Source: Sphyrna mokarran (Eukaryota). Taken from it: a stretch of DNA of 64,000 nt. Where the stretch lies: assembly GCA_024679065.1 (NCBI GenBank), contig JAGIQG010000010.1, forward strand, positions 74,462,001-74,526,000. The letters are read 5' to 3'. The translations under genes and the position numbers were made by a program. Each line of letters starts with the position of its first letter. Within the stretch, counting starts at the first letter, position 1. Under the pieces are notes generated by a model. The model was not told the DNA's origin. It saw only the letters and a list, made by a program, of their open reading frames with translations, and searched no databases. Of this stretch, positions 1 through 11,435 are shown in pieces.

Positions 1-1110
1 AAAGTGATATTGATGCACAAAACAGGACTATTGTTCACAAGGCCAACTGCCTAAAGGGTAGCATACGTACTAAAACAGACCAATGAAAGAAAGGAAGTAG
101 CCCTTATAGGGAGAGCATGAAAAACCATTAGCAAATTCAAAACTTGCCTAAATATCCAAAATGATGGACAAGGCATAAGAGCTATGAGCTGGCAAAATGA
201 AATCAAAAGATACAACACAAGAAAATACAGTGCGAGTTGTCACTGTAAACCTAGGAGTGATTTTGGCACTCAGGAACAAACACACACTGGTGACAGAACC
301 TCTAAATCATCAGTGAGGCAGATCTTCTGACAGTAGTCCATGAAAAAAAACAGGAGGATAAGTAGAAATCATATCTTAACTAGAATGTACATCAAAGAAT
401 CTCGAAATGTTACATGAAGTAGAAACTCCTTTGATCGGAAAGTTTTGGTGGCTGAAAGCAAATTATAAGAATTTAATAAGAGAGGAAAAACAAAGAGTTG
501 GATAGTTGGGAGAAAGTTGGCAGCAACTCTGAAGTATCATTAGGGGATGACCAACCTTGTTACATAGATGGATATGCATGGAAAAAGTACTCCCATAGAT
601 GGGACATAAAAAGTTAAAGTGAGACGAGTGGCTGGGAGTTCTGAGACAGCCTTGGAGATCAAGATGTTAGAGAAGAATTCCCACGGCAGTAAAAGCAATC
701 CTGAGAAATGTTTTGGCTTTGTTGATCACATATTCATGGAAAGGTAGGGTAATCAAAAGGAAAGCTGAATTTTTGCAGGGTGACAATTTTAGGCGCTTTT
801 GAAGTCATGTAAAGCAAGCAAAGTCAAAGAGAATCTATTGAAACTAAACAACTGATTGTTAATTGATACATTAAGGATATTCTTTGCTTATGTCTACCTT
901 ATTGAAAGTAAGCTGTACTCAACAGATAGCAGATCCAGCAATATTCTACTAGTATCAAAAAGAGGAATTTGCAGGCATCTTTATGATGGATGTTGATGGT
1001 TTTCCATGGGGAGGTTCTGTGAAATTTGAGCAATTTGTTATAGATTAAGATCAAAGGTAAATATAAAGTTAGGAGTCAGATTTCAGAGCAATTAATAAAC
1101 TGAGATATTA
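1..1110 (+). mobile_element. Decayed Ty1/copia LTR-retrotransposon pol fragment (RT domain)
   Basis: Manual translation across stops and frameshifts gives RWICMEKVLP..DGT*KVKVRRVA (~565-635), FPTAVKAILRNVLALLITYSWKGRVIKRKAEFLQGD (~678-785) and LKVSCTQQIADPAIFY*YQKEEFAGIFMMDVDGFPWGGS (~902-1018). These match copia RT blocks (KARLVARG, SPT, DIKxAFLQG, DPxxF, HVDD). Assigning 1-420 to the element is an extrapolation. Confidence 0.75.
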
Positions 1111-1802
1111 AGCAACATAGGTAGGTAGTAATCTTGAACTGACAATCAAATCTAAAAATTGTTACACATATTCCGATAAATCAGCTCCAATCTACTCAAC
1201 CACACCTCATTAGAAAATTCCTCCATACCCAGGAATGTGGACTGCCTCTAATGCCAGTTTATCTTTCCTTAGACAAGAGATCCAAACGTTTCACAGTATT
1301 CCAGATGTATATTTTTATATTCTATTTGCTTTAAATAGAGCCAACATTCTATTTGCCTTTACTGTTACCTGCTAAAGCTGCATGCCAGTTTTTTTGTGAT
1401 TTATGCACGAGTTTTCCCAAATCCCTCTGTGTTGCAACCTTCTGCAGTCTTTATCCATTTCAATAATATTCAGCTCCTTTATTCTTCCTATCAAGTGCAT
1501 AACTTCACATTTTCCTACATTATATGCTATCTGTCAATATTTTTACTCACTCATTTAACCTGTTTTTGTCCTTATATATACTATTGTGTCATCCTCACCA
1601 CTTGCCATCCCAGCTATTTTTGTTTAATCTGCAAACTTGGCAACAGTACATCCACTTCCCTCACTCATAATATATATTATGAATAACTGTGGTTCCAGCA
1701 CAAATCCTTGTGGCATGCCAGTAGTTACAGGTTGTCATCCTGAAAGTGCTCCTCTTATCCTAATTCCCAGTCTTCTATTAGTTAGCCAATCCTCTTTCAA
1801 TG

Positions 1803-1958
1803 ATATGGAGATGCTGGCGTTGAACTGGGGTGGGCACAATAAGAAGTCTCACAACACCAGGCTAACAACTAACAGGTTTATTTGGTATCATGAGCTTTTG
1901 GAGAGCTGCTCTTTCATCAGGTGAGTCAACTCACCTAGTGTTGTGAGACTACTTAGTA
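1803..1958. mobile_element. Penelope-like terminal mini-element with inverted repeats and a decayed hammerhead core
   Basis: Flanked by a 15-bp TSD, aatcctct(t/a)tcaatg (1788-1802, 1959-1973). Internal IR taagaagtctcacaacaccagg / cctagtgttgtgagactactta. The minus strand reads CTGATGA-aagagcagctctcc-AAAA at 1920..1896. Confidence 0.7.
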
Positions 1959-3218
1959 AATCCTCTATCAATGCTACCATGACTCTTATTAAGTAGCCTT
2001 TCATGCAGGACCTACTGAATGTTTTTTGAAATCCAAATATTTCCCCTTTAATTATCCTGATTGTTATCACCTCAAAAGAATTCTAATAAATTTATCAGGC
2101 ATGATTTCACCTTCATGAAGCCGTGCTGATGCTGCTGGATCATATTATCTTTATCTAAATGCTCTGCTATTACACTATTTTTAATGGACTCTAACATTTT
2201 TCCAATATCACCTGTTAAGCTAATGGCTTATAGTTACTTGTTTCTCATCTTCCTCATTTTTTGAATAATTGAACATTGGTAGTTTTCAAATCCTCTGGGC
2301 TTTCTCTAGAATTTAAAGATTCTTCAAAGATTACCACCAGTGAATCCACTATCTTTATAGCTATTCATTTTAGTATCCTAGGATGCAACCCATCAAGTCC
2401 AGGGAACTTCTTGGTCTTTAGTCCTATTAGTTTGCCTAATACTTTTTCTCTAGTGATAACTCTACATTTGTTTCCTCCCACCCCTCCTACTGTCCCTTGA
2501 TTATTTAGTATTTTTGGCAGTGTCTTCCACTGTGAAGACTATCAAAAAGTATGTATTCAATTCCTCTGAAATTTCCTGGTTCCCCATTATTATTTCTCCA
2601 GTCATATTCTCTAAGGGGCGTATGTTCTCTTTGGCTTCTCCCATTTTATATATTTAAATAAACTCTCATTGCCCATTTTTATCTTATTTGCTGGTTTACT
2701 CTCATAGTTTATCTTCTCTATTTTTTGTTGGTAATCTTTTGTAGGTTTTTAAAAATTTCCCAATCATCTGCCTTACCCCCAATCTTTGCTGCTTTGGATT
2801 TTTTTTCTTCAGTTTATTACTATCTTTAATTTTCTAGGTTAACAATGGTTCCTAGAATTCTTCTTCCTTATTGGAAGTCTTCCTTGTTGTGGGTCATGAA
2901 GCATTTTCATAAATTTCTGCCTCTGCTGATCAAGCACCTTTTTTGCTAAACTTTTTTTCCATTCCATTCCAGCCAACTCTGTTCTCATTCTTTTGTCCAA
3001 CCTTAATTGAAGTTTAGCACAGTTGTTTCTTACCTAAGTTCCTCTCTCATATTAAATGCTAAATTTTACCATGTTATGGTCACTGTTTTCTAGGAGATCT
3101 TTTATTCTGAGATTGATCATTAAACTGTCTCATCGCACATTAACAGATCCAAAATAGCCTGATCCCTGGCTGGATTAATATCATATTGTTCTAGGAAACT
3201 GTCCCAAATACACCGTAT

Positions 3219-3354
3219 GGTTGGAATCTTATCACCATTCAAGCTGCTGAAATTTTTCAATCCCGTTGCAGTGAACAGAGATTTGGCTCATTGCCAAATT
3301 CTCTGATCTTGCTGTGGTAGAAGCATGGTGTGAATGGCAGGTAAGATTGCACCC
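3219..3354. mobile_element. Short MITE (PIF/Harbinger-like) inserted in the CR1
   Basis: Imperfect TIRs ggttggaatcttat / gtaagattgcaccc. The internal tttggctcattgccaaattctc motif is shared with the 8625-8777 copy. Confidence 0.6.
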
Positions 3355-4431
3355 AAAGAATTCTTCCTCATGGTTCCTCTGCCAATTTGATTTTCCAAAT
3401 CCACATAAAGATTAAAATCATGCTGACTTAATGTTACTTTTTTTCACATGTACAAATTATCTCTTGATTTATTCTCAGCCCTACAGTATAGCTATTGTTA
3501 GGAAGCCTATAGACTATTCCCATCAATGTTGTCTTCCCCTTGTTATTTCTTATCTCCATCCTTACGGATTCTACATCTTCTGATCCAAAATCATTTCTTG
3601 CTATCATACTTATTCATCCCGTATGAACAAATATACTCCACCATCCTTTCCTTCCTGTCTGTCCTTATGAAAAGTCATATATCCTTGAATACTTCATTCA
3701 CAACTTTCATGTAACCACGTCCCTGTAATGGCTAGAAGGTCAAATCCATTAACGTCATTTATGACATTAATTCATTTATTTTGTGCTGAATTTAAAGTGC
3801 ATTTAAGTGAAGCGCGTTTGCATTTTTGCATTCTTATCATTATTTATCCCTTGGACTCTCTTTGCTGCTTTTTTATGCTTGTACACTCTCCATTCCTGTT
3901 ACATTCTGGGCAGACTTAGGCTATTACCTAAATAGCATTCTTGCAATGCTGCATATCCTTTTGCTTTGTTAATCTATCAACTCCTCTCCAGGCCATCCCC
4001 CTGTCTGTTTAGTTTAGAGCCTTCTCTACTTCCCTAGTTATGCAGTTTGCAAGAACAGTGGGGTCAGCATGGTTCAGGCTGTCCCAACAGTACAGCCCCC
4101 AGGTTGATGTTCGTGCTCCGCAAATTGAAACCTACTTCTTTCACACCAGTCTTTGAGCCAGGTACTTCTCTCTCAAATTTTATATATTCTATGCCAATTC
4201 TCAAGTGGCTCAGCTAAAAATCCAGAGATCATAACCTTGGAGGTTCTTTGTTAAATTTAGTGCTGAGTTTCTCAAACACACTCTGCAGAACAACTCTCCA
4301 TTTATATCATTGATACTTACTAGGACCATGACAATGGAATCCTCCCCCTCCCACTGCAAATTCCTCTCCAGCTCAGAACAGATGCCTCAAACCCTGACAC
4401 TGGGCAAGCAGCACAGATGCCTGGATTCTGG

Positions 4432-4705
4432 CAGTGGTCCCTCACAGTGCCAGAGGTACAGGATCAATTCCTGACTTGGGTCACTATTTGTACAGAGTCT
4501 GCACATTCTCCCCAGGTCTGCATGGGTTTTCTCCAGATGTTTAGGTTTCCTCCCACAGTCCAAAAGACATGTTGGTCAGGTGCATTGGCCATGTTAAATT
4601 CTCCCTCAGTGTATCTGAAGAGGCGCCAGAGTGTGGCGAACAGGGGATTTTCACAGGCTTACATTAACACTGCAATGAAGCTACTGTTTGTGACTAATGA
4701 ATAAA
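4432..4705 (+). mobile_element. HE1/V-SINE-like SINE with tail type B, partly 5'-truncated
   Basis: V-domain core gcacattctcccc..tgcatgggttttctcc..ggtttcctcccacagtccaaaag. Tail gtgtggcgaacaggggattttcacag...gactaatgaataaa. Confidence 0.85.
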
Positions 4706-5263
4706 TTTTTTTCTTTCTGGAGATAGGTTGCAGTGGAGTTCCTCAGGGCACAAGTATTAAGATCACTGCTTAAACTTCCTCAACTTGGATAGGCAGAACA
4801 CAATTTCAAGATTTACATATAATACAAAGCTTGCTCAATGATGGTATCATGGTATGCTTTAAACTGCCAGGTGCCAAGCCTAGACATAACATTGTGGTTC
4901 AAATATTAAAAGTGGAAGGTTCAGACAATAATGCCTCTTATTGTGTAATTAACATCCTTACTCTATATTCTTGCACCTTATTGAATTTATTTGAACTATG
5001 ATTTTTCTTGTTTTTGCAAAAGGCAACTGTGATGCAGCCAGAATTTTCATTCATTCAAAAAGAAATAGTACAATGGGTCCCTGCCTTAGTAGTAAAGGAT
5101 TGAAACAGGAGTTCGGCAAACAATAAGGATTTTGACAGACAATTTGTTTGCAGATCTGAATAAATTTCCAACATTCTCTTTCTTCCCAAAGAAGCTCAAC
5201 TTGGCACAGTCTCCCTCAGTCACAATGGTGCTGGCACTCAGATCACTATTTCTTCATTGCTGC

Positions 5264-5438
5264 CACCAATATCATAACATTAATCATTGTCTCAAAGTGC
5301 AGTAATCACACAATTAAGAAGTGACTTTGATAAAACTCTTCTAATATATTGGAATGAAGGGTGCCTAATTGTGGAGATGTGAATTTTAGGTGATCTTAAG
5401 TTCATTTTAGAAATAAAGTGGAAGTCTAAATCTGGGAA
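5264..5438 (+). repeat. 175-bp local direct repeat, copy 1
   Basis: Aligns without gaps to 6016..6190; 6 mismatches counted by eye. Confidence 0.95.
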
Positions 5439-5754
5439 GTGCTGATCCAACTGATGGCAGCATGAAACCAGCCTAATCTAAATTAAATACATAGATTGAA
5501 AGATTTGTTTCCAGGAAAATAAACTAGTCAAGTTGTAGGTGAAAAGAATTCATTTCCTGAACAATGGATCAGAGAATAGTAAATAGGCATTTCAGTTCCT
5601 CAAACCTATCATATTCTGCTATTTAATAAGATCTAGACTGATCAGTATCTCATTTCCAATTACCTGGTTATATTCTATTGGCTGGCATTTACAAAACACA
5701 GTTTCCACGACAGGAACAGTTTCACTTCACTCATTTAACACCGACTAACAGTTA

Positions 5755-6003
5755 ATTTTTGAAGGTGGGACTTCCACTCCCAGGTACAGCAAGGCCCACC
5801 TCAGAGAGTTGCTGGTCAATCAGGCCAAGCAGCAATCAGATGAGGCCTTTAAATAGGTATTAATTGCTCACTTAAGGGCCTCAAGTGGCCCACTGACAGC
5901 TAAACTACACAATGCTAGCCCACCGCTGGTAAAATTGTGGTTCAGGCAGGGAAAAGGGGATAGGCAACAGTCAGGCCACCCATTGGGCAATGTAAAATCC
6001 AAC
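5755..6003. mobile_element. Degraded non-autonomous DNA-transposon-like repeat
   Basis: GC-richer block with taattgctcacttaagggcctc, ending gtaaaatccaac. It resembles the 20160-20740 block; no TSD seen. Confidence 0.35.
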
Positions 6004-6015
6004 TCCATACACGAA

Positions 6016-6190
6016 CACCAATATCATAACATTAATCATTGTCTCAAAGTACAGTAATCACACAATTAAGAAGTGATTTTGATAAAACTCTTCTAATATA
6101 TTGGAATGAAGGGTGCCTAATTGTGGAGATGTGAATTTTAGGTGATCTTAAGTCCATTTTAGAAATAAAGATGAACTCTAAATCTGGGAA
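6016..6190 (+). repeat. 175-bp local direct repeat, copy 2, abutting a LINE 3' end
   Basis: Matches 5264..5438 at an offset of 752 bp. Confidence 0.95.
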
Positions 6191-6850
6191 ATAAAGAAAA
6201 TAAAACACTGGAAGAGGCCCTCCGGCCATCCAAACCTGCACCGACCACGTTGCCCAACTTAATTAAAACCCCCTTCATTTCCAGAGACCATATTCCTCTA
6301 TTCCCATTTCATTCACGTACTTGTCAAGACATCCCTTAAAAGTCACTACTGTATCTGCTTCCACTACCTCTCCTGGCAACGAATTCCAGGCACTCATCAT
6401 TCTGTGTAAAAAGCTGCTTCATACATCTCTTAAAACTTGGTCCTTGCACTTTAAACCTATGCTCCCTAGTAATTGACTCTTCCACCCTAGAAAAAAGCTT
6501 CTGACTATCCACTCTGTCCATGCCTCTCATAATCTTGTAGATTTCTATCAGGTGGCCCATTGGCAGCCTCTCAACATTCATACTCTTAATACTCCTATTT
6601 GCCAAAAATCTTTCAATCTTGGATCTGAAATTTTAGCCTCAACAACATTTTGGGGGTGAGAAGATTGGCGTTTTCTTCTGTGAAGAGGTGCTTTATAACA
6701 TCACCATTACCTTGCTCAACTCTCAAGGTTACATCCCCTTCTTCTGGAATTTCCAAATAGCTTCTATTTACCCTGGCAGTACAATCCTTAAATCATGAAC
6801 ACCTCAATTAGATCCCCCACTTAATCTTCTATATTCAAGGGAATCCAAGA
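6191..6850 (-). mobile_element. CR1 LINE 3' end (6191-~6570) plus an older CR1 fragment
   Basis: ORF 6336..6605 gives LIEIYKIMRGMDRVDSQKLFSRVEESITREHRFKV, the CR1 ORF2 C-terminus. The 3' tail ggatggccggagggcctcttccagtgttttattttctttat ends at ~6191. Confidence 0.85.
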
Positions 6851-7639
6851 TTTATTGGAAAAAAAGCTTTTATTAATATTTTCTTTAAACTGTTAATCAT
6901 GAACTTGCCAGATAATTATTTGCAAAAGTTGCCAATGAATTAATATAAAATGTAAAACCCGGTCATTGACAAAAGCTGAAATGAAGACCGAAAATGCTAA
7001 ACATGTACAGCAGGTTCATTAATACCTGAAAGACAAAAGCCAATTAATATCACAGGCATTATGAAATACATCCTAAAAAGGAAATATTTTCAGGGCGAAT
7101 GGGGGAAGGGCATTGGGTCACATTGGAATGCTCTTTCAAAGAGTTAGCACTGGCATGATGGGCCAAATGATTTCCTTCTATGCAATTCCTACAATGCAAC
7201 TCTTATTATTTTAGGTATGACCGTTGATCAGGATTTATCTTGTGTTGTACCATTTCCACTGTTTATGCTTCAGCTTTCCAGTATAAACCATTTGTCATTA
7301 TTTAAACAGGTTTTGGAGACATGTAACACATTCTGAACTTCCTCACCATATTAGTTACAATGTCACTTTGTTAAATTAAGCAGTATCTGGTGTTTTAACA
7401 CATGGATTTTACTGGATGTAAACCAGAATTTGAAAATGAGTGTGCTAAAATATGTAATAATTTAAAATTTTAAAAATGCTCCAGTCATTGAAATTCACAT
7501 CATATCAGCTCTGACTGCATGAAGACAATGGCAACAATAGCTGCAAAACAGGATAATTTAAGTTTCACAGCTGGAAGAGCACCATCTACTGTTCCAAGTC
7601 AAACTAAATGATTAATATAGTTCTTATACTATGTACAGT

Positions 7640-7780
7640 TTTAGATGCTAAAGATGTCAAGAGATATAGGGAAAGTGTGAAAGCATGATGGAGAAAAAAA
7701 AACCAGCTATGATCATACTGAATGGCACAGGTGGCTCGAAGGGCCAAATGGCTTACTTTTCCTCCTATTTTCTATGCTAT
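7640..7780 (+). mobile_element. CR1 3' UTR/tail fragment
   Basis: ggctcgaagggccaaatggcttacttttcctcctattttctatg, a typical CR1 terminal stem-loop tail. Confidence 0.65.
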
Positions 7781-8624
7781 TAAGCTAGAGTCACTGGAAA
7801 ATCATCAAGTGAAACCATCTACTTAATTCTCCTTCTTGTCCTTTGACTATTTCCTTTTATAATTACCTCACAAATATTTTTCTAAATTGCTTTCACAACA
7901 ATATATTCCCTATCTCAATAGCCACTCAAAAAATATTGGGTGGTATTTAACGGAGAGTTCTTTTCTGTCAGTTGGAAAGTCAGTGAGAACCTGTGCTGTC
8001 ACTTTTATGGAAAGCCTGCCAAATTTCACGCAAATTAGGAATTTAGCTGGACATTGACAGGCCTTCTCCAGATTAAGGACTGGCAACTCGATTGTTGCCC
8101 ACACAATACCCACCTGAGGCCTAATATCTTATTTAGATCCCAGCTTACAGGTGAGTGATAGCAGGAGGAAGAGATATTAGGGTTGGGTTCATGGGAACAG
8201 GAATAGCAGCATGAGAAGGGATTAGCTCAGAACAGTCCCCAGCACACCCACTTCTGATACTGGGTCCCTCTATCAGACACCAAGTGAATGAATGAGGGGT
8301 CACTTCAGCAGCCCAGAAACAATTGTGCACGCAATTGTTTTTCATTCTCCCTGTATGGTGAGCTCCATGCCTACCAGCATTGGTGGTCTGAGGTCTTTAA
8401 AAGCCTCAGGCCTTCCCATCACAGACTTAATCAGAGTGAAGGTGACAAAGCAGCACACTCCTCACTCACCATCTCCTGCCCGATTAAATTCCCCACTAAA
8501 TGCCATCAAACTCGCCACAGGAAGAGTATCAAATCTGTCCAATTTGTTAAAAAATCCTTTTAATTTCCTCTCTCTGTTCTTATAGTAATAATCCTCAACT
8601 TGTGTCTCTTCACCAGCCAATGAA

Positions 8625-8777
8625 AATAATCTTGCACATAATCGCCAGAAACCTGCAACTTCATTTACAGCTGGGATTCTGTAGTGCCACTGAGCAAATG
8701 GAGTTTTGGCTGAGTGCCAAATTCTCCATTCTGCTGGGCAGTGGAGTGGGAACAAATGAGCTCAGAGAAACCCGCCC
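8625..8777. mobile_element. Short MITE (same family as 3219..3354)
   Basis: Contains ttttggctgagtgccaaattctcc and ends gagaaacccgccc. Confidence 0.5.
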
Positions 8778-8921
8778 AATGTCAATCTATTTGGATAGAA
8801 TTTTTTTAACGCTATGTGCTTTAATGTTCATTATTTTACTCTTAACTATACATTCTAGTTTGCTCAAAAAATTTGAATTACTGAAGCATAACTACATTTC
8901 TATAAATTTATGTTGGCTATT

Positions 8922-9446
8922 TAGGGTTGCCAACCCTCCCAGAATAGTCAGGAGTCTCTTGGAATTGGCATCAGTCTCCTGGTGGTCAAAGAAAGCTTTC
9001 CAATAATTGTGTAAATTTGGTGCGTTTGGTCACCCCAAAACCAAGTCTGAGGATTGCACAGCACTCCATTCCTGTATTGCAGAACAGGCCACAAATCCCA
9101 GAGGAACCTGTGGCTAGGGTAGGGGTACAGTCCAATAATGTGACTTGTCAAGTGAAACACCAGAAATTGACATTAAGAGTGAGAGTAGCAGCTGGATATG
9201 GCTATGTCAGAGGGCAAGCAGCTCAGTTGAGAATGAGATTCTAATGTCATTGATGTTTCGAGTAGCTCTCTCCCCTCCCTAATTATTGTGCATTGAGGGC
9301 AGAGAGAGTAGATGGGGCATGATTTGTATTTTCCTTGTACAGCCAACTCACTAATCTAGAATCAACTTGCACCATGCAAATGACTTTTCATGATGTCACT
9401 TCGACTGATGCTTTGTGGAATATGTCCATCCGAGTTGGCAACTCTA
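8922..9446. mobile_element. hAT-like non-autonomous element
   Basis: 13-bp TIRs tagggttgccaac (8922-8934) and gttggcaactcta (9434-9446), one mismatch. TAGGGTTGCCA termini are typical of vertebrate hAT MITEs. No 8-bp TSD is preserved. Confidence 0.55.
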
Positions 9447-10012
9447 CAACCATTGATGATTATCCAACGCCTCTGTGAAGTGTTAATTTCACCAATTTAA
9501 TTTCATTAAATTTAAGTCCAAGTGTTTCAAAAAGAAACAAATACATGTGAACTCATTGATAGCTCATCGGAAATGGACTGTGAATAGCCGAGCTATACAA
9601 ATCAAGAGTTCGCATCGAACCCTCAGCTCTTTGAGATATTATGTTGATTTCAAGCCAGTGATCTTCGCATGAAAATTCCTGCTGGTAAAAGGCTGAAGTT
9701 TGAACTTGTAGTACAACATCAAACTGCTGTGATGCTCAGTAAACTGGTGATTCAAACTAAAGCATTAAGACTATCACATATATGAGATAGTAAAAAATTC
9801 CTTAGGCTATTGCCTTAAAGAGAAATGAAGAAAAATTGGGGTGGGAATAAATATCATTTGTTTGGAACATATAGAGTTAAGATGCTCCAAAAATAGGTAC
9901 AAAAAGTCATCTTTATCTGCTCTCTATGAACATTATCTTCACCTAAAAATATCCACTCCCAACTCATTCAGATTTCCCAAATACCTCCTGTGTGCAGACT
10001 TTCTTTTCTCCC

Positions 10013-11435
10013 ACGGTACTGGGACCTCTTCTATTTGTAATATATATAAATGACTTGGAAGAGGGAGTAAGTGGAGTGATCAGCAAGTTTGCAGATGATA
10101 CAAAGATGGCTGGACTTGCGGATAGTGAGGAGCATTGTCAGGCGATGCAGCAGGACATAGATAGGCTGGTAGCTTGGGCAGATAGATGGCAGATGGAATT
10201 CAATCCTGATAAATGCGAGGTGATGCATTTCGGGAGAAAGAATGTAGGGGGGAGGTATATGATAAAGGGTAGACCTATTAAGAGTATAGAAACGCAGAGG
10301 GACCTGGGGATGCAGGTGAACAAGTCTCTGAAGGTGGCAGAGCAAGTGGAGAAGGTTGTGAAGAAAGCATATAGTATGCTAGCCTTTATAGGAAGGGGTA
10401 TAGAGTACAAGAGCTGGCTTTTAATGTTGCAGTTGTATAAAACGTTAGTTAGACCTCATTTGGAATACTGTATCCAGTTCTGGTCGCCCTACTACTGGAA
10501 GGACGTGGAGAGACTGCAGAGGAGGTTTACCAGGATGCTGCCTGGTATGGCAGGTCTGAGTTACGAGGAGAGGTTAGGCAAATAGGGACTGTTTTCCTTA
10601 GAAAGACATAGACTTAGAGGAGATCTAATAGAGGTGTATAAGATTATGAGGGGTGTAGGTAGAGTAAACAGGGTTAAGCTTTTTCCTAGGATGGACTCGA
10701 ATAGCACGAGGGGTCATGGGCTTAGGGTGAGGGGGGTAATGTATAATTTGGATACTAGAGGGAGTTTTTTCACACAGAGGGTGGTGGTGGTATGGAATGC
10801 GCTGCCAAGTAAAGTGGTGGAGGCAGGTACTCTGGAGTTATTTAAGAAATACTTAGATGGGCACATGAACAGAATGGGAATTGATGGATATAGAAAACTG
10901 ATTTAAAATAGGGATCATGAGCCTTGGGAGTCCCTGGAAAGTGTGTAAATAGGTGATGATATTGATGTACTTGTTTTTATCCTACGGATGCTTTGGTCCA
11001 CCTTGTTGCCTAACAAGGAGCATACACGCGATGGGTCGTGAAAGGATTTTTTTCGAGAGTATCCTACTGCTTCATGCCATTAGTGCACGCTTGACCTGGA
11101 CCATTTGATGGGCAACGCGACAGCTCAGTGACTATTGCTGTGCTGTGCAGATACATGGATTTGGGCCCGTGTCTGTGGGAGTTTGCGCATTCTCCCCGTG
11201 CTTGCGTGGGTTTTCTCCGGGTGCTCCGGTTTCCTCCCACATACCAAAGATGTGCTCTCAGGCTAACTGGCAAAACAAATTCTCTCTAAATTGTCTCAAA
11301 TTTGGTTTTTAATCCATAGATCTATAAACATAGACAGGGATCATGGGTAGAGGTGGGAAAATCGGGGTGGCGGTGCGGGCTCGTTGGGCCGAAGGGCCTG
11401 TTTCCTGTGCTGTTTTGTTCTTTGTTCTCTTTGTA
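10013..11435 (+). mobile_element. Young 5'-truncated CR1 LINE (RT/C-terminal ORF2 plus ~530-nt 3' UTR containing a V-SINE body)
   Basis: ORFs 9992..10585 and 10634..10906 are the same frame, split by one TAG (10583-10585): VLGPLLFVIYINDL, KFADDTK, WQMEFNPDKC, VRPHLEYCIQFWSP, LRGDLIEVYKIM. The 3' end gggccgaagggcctgtttcctgtgctgt plus (ttgttct)-like repeats lies at ~11385-11435. Confidence 0.92.

Larger units (their letters stand above)
1180..4430 (-). mobile_element. Long degraded CR1/HER1-type LINE (ORF1 esterase region, EN, RT) with nested insertions
   Basis: The minus strand reads catctggaatactgtg (HLEYCV-like) near 1300 and RT-like blocks at ~1560-2100. An ORF1 SGNH-esterase remnant (CCLPSVRV...LERNLQWEGED.IVMVLVSIND, cf. 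CCLPGARV...VHVGTND) lies at ~4305-4415. Confidence 0.8.

Noticed and set aside
9992-10906. 197-aa and 90-aa ORFs as a host gene
   Set aside because: They are CR1 ORF2 RT/C-terminal sequence, 5'-truncated, with an in-frame stop.
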